A model generated the notes under the pieces. That model made no database searches and was not told the DNA's origin. It saw only the letters and a program-made list of their open reading frames with translations. Below are positions 9,698-17,641 of a stretch of DNA of 64,000 nucleotides, piece by piece. Source of the stretch: Oligoflexales bacterium. Lineage in GTDB: Bacteria > Bdellovibrionota_B > Oligoflexia > Oligoflexales > Bog-1112. Made by a program: the position numbers and the translations under genes. The stretch spans positions 38,546-102,545 of the forward strand of contig JBGCEP010000004.1 of assembly GCA_045106415.1 (NCBI GenBank). The letters run 5' to 3'. Every line of letters starts with the position of its first letter. Position 1 is the stretch's first letter.

Positions 9698-10408
9698 ATG
9701 AAATGGGTTCTCCTTAATCTTTTGTTTTGTAATATATTGTTAGGATCATCTGAAATTATAGATATTTTAGATAAAAAAACAGAACGTATTCTTCAAAAAG
9801 GGAAAGTTTTTTTTCCAAGAAATGTATCTATTGTGAGAATGAAGAAGAAAAGAATATACGGGGTGTCTTTAAAAAAGATTGAGCAAATGAAAGGCGTCCA
9901 TATTTTTGATGGAGAAACGTTAAATTGGTCTTGGCTTATGAATGGCTTGCGTTATCAAAAAATGGATGAGAAGAAGTCCTATCATAATGTTTTTGAGTTG
10001 ACTCATGCAGACGCTTTATTGTCTTCTCATAACAAAAAATGGGATGTGGTTGTTGCAGATAACAAAGAAATAAAGAAAATTTATCAGTCAGAAAAACCTA
10101 AAAAGATAGATAGGTATTCTTTAAAGTCCTGGCTCACGAAAGCATTTGGATATAATGCTATGATGATTGCTCATCATAATAAATTTTATTATATAAAAGG
10201 TTTTGATTCTTTGAAAAAAGGGGATCAAGGAGTTGTTTTTAAAGAAAGTTCCGATGTTAGAGTCGTTACAGATGAAGAAATTGTTGGAATTATAGAAATT
10301 TCTCACACGATCGGTCAATATGGTGTCGGGAAGGTAGTACTTGGGGAGTTTTTAGGTCTTGCTGAGGGAACTAAATTAAAAATAATCTCGAAAACAAAGC
10401 TAAACTAG
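9698..10408 (+). CDS. hypothetical secreted protein
   Basis: ATG at 9698 follows the upstream TAG (9693-9695) and gives the signal-like N-terminus MKWVLLNLLFCNILLGSSE. The track start at 9689 overlaps the upstream stop. No recognisable domain. Confidence 0.55.
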   Translation: MKWVLLNLLFCNILLGSSEIIDILDKKTERILQKGKVFFPRNVSIVRMKKKRIYGVSLKKIEQMKGVHIFDGETLNWSWLMNGLRYQKMDEKKSYHNVFELTHADALLSSHNKKWDVVVADNKEIKKIYQSEKPKKIDRYSLKSWLTKAFGYNAMMIAHHNKFYYIKGFDSLKKGDQGVVFKESSDVRVVTDEEIVGIIEISHTIGQYGVGKVVLGEFLGLAEGTKLKIISKTKLN

Positions 10409-10469
10409 AGATGAGTTATGAAAATGTGGGTTGTCTAATTTTTTGTTTTATAGTGAAAATTGAGAGCGA

Positions 10470-11039
10470 TTAAAACCCACTTATTTTCGAACTTTGAAAT
10501 TGAAATGAAAGCTCTAAAGTGTCTTTAACATTTGCGATAAGACCACCGGCGACAGAGGGTGGCTCAAGACCTAAGTTTGTAAATGTCGTTTGTAGAGTGC
10601 CGTTAAATATATAGTTTGTTTCTTTTTTTGATAGTGTGACATCAAAAATGACATCGAATTGCTTATTGTTGATTTGTAGTGTTCCTGAGATTTTACTGGT
10701 TTCTTGTTTAAGAAAATGATCCCGTTTAATAGGAGCTGATATAAATATGAGGTCTTCTTGATTTTTTCCGCCAAGAAGATCAAAAACAGCGACGTCCCGG
10801 TCTTCTTCTCCACTATCAAAATTTTTAATGGGAAAGATGCCTGTTAAAACGATAGTGTCTTTTTTTGTAGTGACTGTTGTGGTAATAGAGCAGTTTTTCC
10901 CAGCGGGTTCTAAGGCTCGAAAGAGAAACATTGTTTTTTGAGTTTTCCATGAAACACAATGATCACCTTTTTGATAGAGTCCCTCTGCAAAAAGAAAAGA
11001 AGGTAAAGCTAAAGATGCAATTAAATATAACAACTTCAT
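10470..11039 (-). CDS. YceI-like periplasmic protein (tentative)
   Basis: Signal peptide MKLLYLIASLALPSFLFA. YceI-like blocks NFDSGEEDRDVAVFDLL and ISGTLQINNKQFDVIFDVTL, with a C-terminal FTNLGLE...VKDTLELSFQF. Confidence 0.5.
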   Translation of the reverse strand: MKLLYLIASLALPSFLFAEGLYQKGDHCVSWKTQKTMFLFRALEPAGKNCSITTTVTTKKDTIVLTGIFPIKNFDSGEEDRDVAVFDLLGGKNQEDLIFISAPIKRDHFLKQETSKISGTLQINNKQFDVIFDVTLSKKETNYIFNGTLQTTFTNLGLEPPSVAGGLIANVKDTLELSFQFQSSKISGF

Positions 11040-11063
11040 GAAAACCTCAAAAAGAAAACGATA

Positions 11064-12389
11064 TTAACGTTTAAGGTTGATAACTTCTTCAACCATTGTA
11101 TCTGTTGTTGTGATCGAACGCGAATTCGCTTGAAAGAGACGTTGTGTCATGATCATTTGAACAAATTCTTCAGCTAAGTCAACGTTTGACTCTTCAAGAG
11201 AAGAAGCAAATAATGCTCCTCGAGTACCAGTTTCAGGCATGCCAATGTTTGGGGGCCCTGCTTCTGGTCCACCTTGAAACCGGTTTTTCCCAGCTTTTTC
11301 AAGAGCGTCTTGGTTTGCAAACGTAGCTAAAGCGATTCCTGAAAGAGTCCGTTGAATACCGTTTGTGTAAACACCGGTTACCATTCCATCTCTGCCGATT
11401 CGCAAAGATTTTAACCCACCAGACTCATAGCCGTCTTGAGTGTGTGAGACCGTAACTGATTTTCCAGCGATTGAGGTTGATGAATTTAATCCGCTTCCTC
11501 CTTCTTCGAGGATATTGACGCCAAAGTCGAAATTAATGATTTGATCAGGAAAGGCCCCATTGTTGAAGTTAACAGAAGACTCTTCTGTTATTTCTTCTTC
11601 TAAAAGGCCAAGTCTATCGAATTTAATACTTCCGTTGGCAATTTCCTTGAAGTTTCCGTCGCTATTAGGGTCTGCAACTTCTGAGTTGTCCACAACAGCT
11701 CGCCATTCCCATTCTGTGCCTTCTTCATCAGCGTTGATTTTACGAAAAAATGTTGTCACTTGATGGCCGCGGCCATGAGAGTCAAAGACAGATACTGATG
11801 TTGAAAAATTTGATGTTAACTCTGGGTTTTCAATATCAAAATCACCTTCAACAAGTTTCGCGCGAGAGTCTAATTGAACATTCATATTTAGGGTGTCAGT
11901 TGCTCTTGGAGGAATACTGTTTGTTGCGATTTGAATATCTGTGAGTCGAGATGAAAGAGTTCCGTCAATATCAGCCATGTAGCCTTGGATTCTGTTGCCG
12001 TATGGGTCAGCAAAAAATCCATCTTTATCAAAATGGAGGTTTCCCACTCGAGTGTAAAATTTACCAGCCGACTGTTGAGCATCTTCGTTCGCGCCAGAAA
12101 CAATAAAAAAGCCTTGCCCTTGAATAGCGACGTCCGTCAAATTACTGGTGACCTGCATCCCACCTTGTGTGTGTAGGGTTTTAACATTTGCTAATCGTGC
12201 TCCACGCCCAATTTGCGCTGGGCCAGCGCCACTGTTTAAGTCCATTGACAACATGTCTTCAAATTCTGCTCGATCTTTCTTGAAGCCTTTAGCACTTGCA
12301 TTTGCAATGTTGTTGGCAATAACAGACATGCCGTCTGAGTTGACTGTGAGTCCTGTGACCCCAGTGTGAAGAGCTTGTGTTACACCCAT
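11064..12389 (-). CDS. flgE: flagellar hook protein FlgE
   Basis: N-terminal rod/hook motif GVTGLTVNSDGMSVIANNIANASAKGFKKDRAEFEDML. C-terminal motif LEESNVDLAEEFVQMIMTQRLFQANSRSITTTDTMVEEVINLKR. The 441 aa length fits a hook protein. Confidence 0.85.
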   Translation of the reverse strand: MGVTQALHTGVTGLTVNSDGMSVIANNIANASAKGFKKDRAEFEDMLSMDLNSGAGPAQIGRGARLANVKTLHTQGGMQVTSNLTDVAIQGQGFFIVSGANEDAQQSAGKFYTRVGNLHFDKDGFFADPYGNRIQGYMADIDGTLSSRLTDIQIATNSIPPRATDTLNMNVQLDSRAKLVEGDFDIENPELTSNFSTSVSVFDSHGRGHQVTTFFRKINADEEGTEWEWRAVVDNSEVADPNSDGNFKEIANGSIKFDRLGLLEEEITEESSVNFNNGAFPDQIINFDFGVNILEEGGSGLNSSTSIAGKSVTVSHTQDGYESGGLKSLRIGRDGMVTGVYTNGIQRTLSGIALATFANQDALEKAGKNRFQGGPEAGPPNIGMPETGTRGALFASSLEESNVDLAEEFVQMIMTQRLFQANSRSITTTDTMVEEVINLKR

Positions 12390-12520
12390 GCTTATCTCCC
12401 ATATATCGTCTCTATAGTGAGATTAGCGTGGTTTTAAGATGTAGCGTAAATGTTGCAGATTTTCATGAATTGTAGAGTCGAGAAATTTTGATTTTTTGCT
12501 TTTCTACGAAAAGAACAAGG

Positions 12521-13036
12521 CTAAGTCATTATTTTTAGGCGTGGGGCATTGTTATCTTTCTGGTTAGTTTGTGTTTTTTGTCCAGGAGAATTTTGACCAC
12601 CTGGTTGCCCGGAGATGAATTTTTGGTATTCTTCTGGTTGAAGTTTGGGAGAAGGAACCCCATCCTCTCTAGGGTTTTCTATGACGTCTTTCCATGCAAC
12701 TAATAGAGTTTGAAGTAGGGACTCAACATGTTCGAGGCATTCACGGCGATTGTGAATATTACCTTCGATCAATTTATCAATCATGAAAACGTAGAGATTT
12801 TCGAGGTCAACAGCAAGATCACCACCTACTTTAAAATCAAGTGTGGCCATAAGCTCAGAGACAATGGCAGTTGCTTTGCTTATATACATACCTTTATCGG
12901 CAATGCGCTTTTCATCGAGGGCTGTGCATGCTTGCTTTATGAAGCGAATGGCTCCTTCATAGAGCATAATAAGGACTTTTTCACGGCTGGCGGTTGTGAC
13001 CGCAGTCTTTTGGTATTGCTGGTATGGATTGCTCAT
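12521..13036 (-). CDS. fliS: flagellar export chaperone FliS
   Basis: N-terminus YQQYQKTAVTTASREKVLIMLYEGAIRFIKQA is typical of FliS, and the gene lies directly downstream of fliD. It has an unusual Pro/Gln/Gly-rich ~45 aa C-terminal tail. Confidence 0.85.
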   Translation of the reverse strand: MSNPYQQYQKTAVTTASREKVLIMLYEGAIRFIKQACTALDEKRIADKGMYISKATAIVSELMATLDFKVGGDLAVDLENLYVFMIDKLIEGNIHNRRECLEHVESLLQTLLVAWKDVIENPREDGVPSPKLQPEEYQKFISGQPGGQNSPGQKTQTNQKDNNAPRLKIMT

Positions 13037-13039
13037 GAT

Positions 13040-14389
13040 CTAGCCTTTTTTCTGTGCACCCCCCAATCTTGCGGATAGGAAGTCGCTCTGCCCTTTGAGG
13101 TTCGCCAGGGTTCCTTCGAGGACAGTGAACTGGCGATCAATCGCCTCTTCTTTTGCCTCTATCTGGCGCGTACGCCGCTCAATTGTTTCGTCCTGCTGGC
13201 GGATCACTTGATCTAGACCTCGAATACGGCTCTTAAGCACTCCGAAACCTGGATCTCTCAGTGCTCGAATTCGAGAGCTGAGAACTTCCGCAAGACCAGT
13301 TCTAGATTTAGAACGGATAAACAAATTTGCGACACTATCATAGTCTTCGGTTAAAGCGTTCCGGACTTTAGCTTCGTCCATAGTGAGCTCACCTGTTTTT
13401 GGATTTGTTGTGATTCCAACTTCTGATAAAGTCCCGAATTTTTCACCAGATATTGGAAATCTTTGGATGCCATCTTGAAGTTGACGCATGATCATCTTTA
13501 TAGAAGAATCTCCAGCAAGTCGTCCATACCCACCTGTATCAGGGTTTTCTTGAAACTGATTATGAACAAACATAGCAATGTCATTATAAGCAGTCACGAA
13601 TTCGTTGATTCCCTCTATCGTCGCATCGATGTCGTGCACAACACTGACTTGAATTCGAGTACCTGGTTCTGAACGCCTTACGTTGAGAGTAACGCCATCG
13701 ATGAGCTCATCAAGAACATTGTCTTCATCGGTGACCGGGACATCTTCAAATAAGACATCTAAGTTACGACCTGTGACCTGCTCTTTGAATTCTAGAAATG
13801 TTGTGTCTTCATCGAGGTAAATTGAAGCTTCACGCCCAGACTGCTCACTGACAACGAGGAGTCGATATGGCTCTGGCTTATATTTTGTATTGATGACCAT
13901 GGCTCTGACGCCAGCTTCAGATTCGTTGATTTGTTCGGCAACTTCTTGAAGGGTCGTATATGGCTCAACCATAACTTCGATTTCTTTACCGTCATCACGC
14001 TCAATAAGCATATAACCAAAACCTACAGGCGTATCATCTTTATCGGGAAAGCCATAAGCTAATTCTTTTTCTGACCGAGCCATTGCTCGAACTTCAACTT
14101 CATAGTTTCCAAGCATGGCTCCCGCTGCAACGCTTCCGTCTATGATGTCAGGGTGAGAGCTATCTAGTTTGAGTTTGTAGAAATCATAGCGAGTTTTCAG
14201 TTTGTTTAAACTAGAGTCGAGTTGACCAATAATCGCATTGAGATCTTCAAATTCTGTTTTTTCTGCCTGAACTTCTGATTTTCTCTTTTTTGCTGATTCA
14301 AGAGGGATACGCTGAACCTTTTTTAACTCATCAATCATAGATGGGTTAATACCGGCTTGCTTCAATCCTGTATGCATACGTATCGGCAT
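13040..14389 (-). CDS. fliD: flagellar filament capping protein FliD
   Basis: N-terminal coiled region (IDELKKVQRIPLESAKKRKSEVQAEKTEFEDLNAIIGQLDSSLNKLK) and C-terminal FliD_C-like region (RQIEAKEEAIDRQFTVLEGTLANLKGQSDFLSARL). Followed by fliS after 3 nt. Confidence 0.8.
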   Translation of the reverse strand: MPIRMHTGLKQAGINPSMIDELKKVQRIPLESAKKRKSEVQAEKTEFEDLNAIIGQLDSSLNKLKTRYDFYKLKLDSSHPDIIDGSVAAGAMLGNYEVEVRAMARSEKELAYGFPDKDDTPVGFGYMLIERDDGKEIEVMVEPYTTLQEVAEQINESEAGVRAMVINTKYKPEPYRLLVVSEQSGREASIYLDEDTTFLEFKEQVTGRNLDVLFEDVPVTDEDNVLDELIDGVTLNVRRSEPGTRIQVSVVHDIDATIEGINEFVTAYNDIAMFVHNQFQENPDTGGYGRLAGDSSIKMIMRQLQDGIQRFPISGEKFGTLSEVGITTNPKTGELTMDEAKVRNALTEDYDSVANLFIRSKSRTGLAEVLSSRIRALRDPGFGVLKSRIRGLDQVIRQQDETIERRTRQIEAKEEAIDRQFTVLEGTLANLKGQSDFLSARLGGAQKKG

Positions 14390-14477
14390 AGAGTTGGTAT
14401 CCTTCTCTTATCTCTCGTATGGTAGCAGTCGTTGCCTATTGAGAGGAGGTAAGATCTCGCCGACTTCATATAATGCT

Positions 14478-15425
14478 ATGATAAAAACTATGAAAACGAA
14501 GTTGTCACATCCAGTTAGCCGTCTTGAGGTTCACTTAAGAAATGATCTTCTGCAATCTTCGTTGCGGCAAGATTTTCCGCATGCTGGGCCTGTCGAGCAA
14601 GAATACCCACTTGTTTTGCAGCAAAACAATCATGTTCATAGCTATTGCTTTTGGTCAGAAGCAAAAGATTTGATTGGTCATTTAAACTGCTGGCCAAGGG
14701 TGCTTAAAGATCCTCATGGAGCCCGGAATCTACGTGTTGGCGTGATAGGAAATGTTGCTGTTTCCGAAGCCTATAGAAGGCAAGGTTACATGAAAAAAAT
14801 GTTTCAAGCTTTGATGAAAAAACCTCATGTGAAAAATTTAGATGGCTTTGTCTTATGGACTGATGAACCAAAGTTTTATTGTTCTATGGGTTTTCGAGCT
14901 GTTGGCCGAGAGGCTCATTTAAGGTTCTCTCTTCCAGAAAATTCTTCTCCTGTGGCAGCCAATTTTTTTCATGAAACTGTTAAGGATTTAACAGATGAAG
15001 ATTTTGTTGCTTTGCACGCTTTAAGACCAAGCTGTTCATTTATACCTGAAAGAACTGTGGAAGAGACAAAAGCACTTTTGTCGATTCCTGATTGTATCTT
15101 GTTAGTAAGGCGAGACGCTAACGGGATTATGACTGAAAATATTATTGTAGGACGAGGGTGTGATTTTATTGGAACTATCCATGAATGGGGAGGGCGGTCA
15201 GCAGACGCTTTGTATCAAGGGATTGTTCAAATATTACAACTGACTGAATGGGAATCTGTACAATTGATTGCTCCTATAGAAGTTGTCAAGTCGAGCCTTT
15301 GGGGAGGGCTTTGCTCTCGTGCTGATCATATGGAAGAGGTCCCTATGGCATTTGGCTGGTGTCGAACCTTTGAAGGTTATCAGCATTTGAATTCGTCTTT
15401 TTTTTGGGGTCTAGATTCAATTTGA
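14478..15425 (+). CDS. GNAT family N-acetyltransferase with C-terminal extension (Eis-like architecture, tentative)
   Basis: Acetyl-CoA binding motif VGVIGNVAVSEAYRRQGYMKKMFQALM. The track start at 14394 would leave no room for the divergent fliD promoter, so the in-frame ATG at 14478 (MIKTMKTKL) is preferred. Confidence 0.6.
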   Translation: MIKTMKTKLSHPVSRLEVHLRNDLLQSSLRQDFPHAGPVEQEYPLVLQQNNHVHSYCFWSEAKDLIGHLNCWPRVLKDPHGARNLRVGVIGNVAVSEAYRRQGYMKKMFQALMKKPHVKNLDGFVLWTDEPKFYCSMGFRAVGREAHLRFSLPENSSPVAANFFHETVKDLTDEDFVALHALRPSCSFIPERTVEETKALLSIPDCILLVRRDANGIMTENIIVGRGCDFIGTIHEWGGRSADALYQGIVQILQLTEWESVQLIAPIEVVKSSLWGGLCSRADHMEEVPMAFGWCRTFEGYQHLNSSFFWGLDSI

Positions 15426-15543
15426 TTTTTGTTAGTTGAGGCTAAATCTATGTATTGTTGGGTATCTCTGTCAAAAGGTAACGCTTCCTTCTTTTTTTAA
15501 AATTGGCTATATCATTTGTAAAGAAAAATGATGAAAGGTTGCC

Positions 15544-16659
15544 ATGAAACGCTGTCTGTTTTTTTCTCTTTTAATCTATACTGCGTGTCCTCATCAAGAA
15601 GTTGTTGCTTATAGTGACTGGCATAGTGGAGGTGTTGGTTTTGCCCAGAGTTCTGATATGCCTTGGTTTGAGGGAGGGCAAAAAGTTTCTTACTGCTTTA
15701 AAATTGATGAAGACAATTTTGGCGTTGACTTAGTTTCTGTACGGAAATCTTGGAATGAGGCTTTGGGGTTTTGGGATCAGGTCTTTACCCATAAAAATTT
15801 TGATCATTATAAAAAAAATGTTTTTCCAGATTTTTATGAAGAAGAGTGCAGAGAAACCACTCAATTTAAAATTTATTTAGGGGTATGGCCAGAAGGCTTT
15901 CCTGGTGATCCAAAAACGACTGTAGCTAGAGCTGTACAGGTTTCTCGTTCCTTGTATGTTTCTCCAGAAAAAGGTCACAATCAGCTTGAAAGAGCTCTTT
16001 CTAATCGGTGGTCGTATCAGGGGGGGTGGCTACTATCTGTTACTTTGATGCATGAGATAGGCCATGTTTTAGGGTTCCCGCATGATGATCGAGCTACAAG
16101 TATTATGAATGATGCGAATATTCTGAAGCTGGTTGGTGCTTTTTTTGTTCAAGGTTTTTCTGATTTCTCAGAAGTTTTAAGCAAAGAAATGTCGAAGACG
16201 GCTGCTACTATAAAGTTTGATAATTTTTTAAGCGTTAAGGATGCTGGGTACATTGAGTCGCGTAACACCATAACATTAAAGAGTTTTTTCCCAAAGTATA
16301 GGGATTGTCATATGCTTCTAGTTTTTTATACAGAAAAAATATTTATCTTCCAATGGGAGAGAGATGATAGGGTTGTTGGTGTAGAATTTTTTCCTGCAAC
16401 CTTGGATGAAACATATCGTTACCTTAAGCCTTTAGAAAAATCTTGTGACCTGTATATGCGAAATTTTCTTATGGCCCCGCTCTATAATTTGATGGCTAAA
16501 AAAGACATGGCTATAATACCAAATTCTGCAAAAATAGCGTATGGAAGAGAGTTGGTGCTGAGTCACGGCGATATTGTTTTGAAGATAAAATCAGATGGTT
16601 GGGAAATTTTAAAACTTAATGGGGAAAAGTACAAAACAACAGGGTTGCAGCCTTATTAG
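15544..16659 (+). CDS. metzincin-type zinc metalloprotease, probable lipoprotein
   Basis: Extended zinc motif HEIGHVLGFPHDD (HExxHxxGxxH). N-terminus MKRCLFFSLLIYTAC has a lipobox-like Cys. Confidence 0.75.
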   Translation: MKRCLFFSLLIYTACPHQEVVAYSDWHSGGVGFAQSSDMPWFEGGQKVSYCFKIDEDNFGVDLVSVRKSWNEALGFWDQVFTHKNFDHYKKNVFPDFYEEECRETTQFKIYLGVWPEGFPGDPKTTVARAVQVSRSLYVSPEKGHNQLERALSNRWSYQGGWLLSVTLMHEIGHVLGFPHDDRATSIMNDANILKLVGAFFVQGFSDFSEVLSKEMSKTAATIKFDNFLSVKDAGYIESRNTITLKSFFPKYRDCHMLLVFYTEKIFIFQWERDDRVVGVEFFPATLDETYRYLKPLEKSCDLYMRNFLMAPLYNLMAKKDMAIIPNSAKIAYGRELVLSHGDIVLKIKSDGWEILKLNGEKYKTTGLQPY

Positions 16660-17519
16660 TAAGATCGCGTGAGTTTTGAGCTGTGGATATTGAGAGCGTA
16701 AACATCTTTTTGATCATGCTTTTGCACCTCTTTTTGTGACCATGAAATAAGTGCATTTATCTTTTGTTTGAGCTGAGATTGAAATGTAGAGTTTGAAGTA
16801 AACATCACAGAAAAACTGACTTCGCTCTCTTGTTCATTGCGTTCTGCTTGATCGAGTGCAAAAGCAAGCCTGCTTCTAAAGAAAGCTGGGAATAAATAGC
16901 TGTCTTTTGGTAAGTGAGCCTGGAGGTTACTGCAGGTGTATGTATTGCTTTCATCTTTTTTATGAATAAGCTTGTGTGAAATAAGTTTTCTTAAGGTCGT
17001 TTGTAGCTTTGAGTGGGAACACCCTAGGTGTTTTTGAAGAGTTAGGTGATCTATCGCTGTTCCGCTATGAGATGAGATAAATTGTCTTACGAGCTGAGCT
17101 GTCATATCAAGATGAAACCAATCAGGAGTTTCTCTTGATGGAGGAGGTACGATATTTGTAATGTCAAAGAGGTGCTTCTCTGCTTCAAGGACTTTTTCTT
17201 TGAGATTGTTTTGACGCCCAGGTTTTTTCGATTGCTGATAGTTTGCTAAAGCCTCCAGGAAGTCTTGCTCTTTAGAGTCAAGCTGCAAGAACTCACATGC
17301 ACCCCAGAGTTGATCAAGGCTTAAGTGGGTTTTTAAAGAGAGGGCAAGAGACAGGTATGCAGGTTTGATGCCGCAAGCGTGTGCCAAGTATTTCAATTTG
17401 TAGCTTTCAGGTTTGACCTCTTTCATAAAAGACATTGTGTCCTTTAAAATCAACCTGTAGTCGTTATCTATGCCTTGATTGTTGATGATGATTCGCATTG
17501 CTATCTCTTCTAAGTACAT
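16656..17519 (-). CDS. TIGR02147-like HTH protein (hypothetical regulator)
   Basis: The N-terminal region DYRLILKDTMSFMKEVKPESYKLKYLAHACGIKPAYLSLALSLKTHLSLDQ...QLDSKEQDFLEALANYQQSK follows my recollection of the TIGR02147 family pattern (DYR..L......fS.R.fa...G...syls.v..gkr.L; E..YF..LV.f). Its stop overlaps the convergent metalloprotease stop by 4 nt. Confidence 0.5.
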   Translation of the reverse strand: MYLEEIAMRIIINNQGIDNDYRLILKDTMSFMKEVKPESYKLKYLAHACGIKPAYLSLALSLKTHLSLDQLWGACEFLQLDSKEQDFLEALANYQQSKKPGRQNNLKEKVLEAEKHLFDITNIVPPPSRETPDWFHLDMTAQLVRQFISSHSGTAIDHLTLQKHLGCSHSKLQTTLRKLISHKLIHKKDESNTYTCSNLQAHLPKDSYLFPAFFRSRLAFALDQAERNEQESEVSFSVMFTSNSTFQSQLKQKINALISWSQKEVQKHDQKDVYALNIHSSKLTRSY

Positions 17520-17593
17520 AAATGATGTGCTTATGCCAGCGCACGATATTAAGTCTCATTAAAGATATATAAAAATTGAAGAGATTTGTTTTT

Positions 17594-17641
17594 TTTTAAG
17601 AGAAAATGAATTTTAAGATGAGAATTCATTTTCTCTTAAAA
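17594..17641. repeat. perfect 19-bp inverted repeat (AT-rich hairpin) abutting the nhaC-like stop codon
   Basis: Left arm 17594-17612 (TTTTAAGAGAAAATGAATT) is the exact reverse complement of right arm 17623-17641. Loop is 10 nt (ttaagatgag). No U-tract follows on the minus-strand transcript; an A-run follows instead. Confidence 0.6.

Noticed and set aside
15511-15532. 7-bp inverted repeat ATCATTT-N8-AAATGAT just upstream of the metalloprotease start
   Set aside because: It is short and AT-only in AT-rich DNA, so chance occurrence is likely. No partner regulator is evident.
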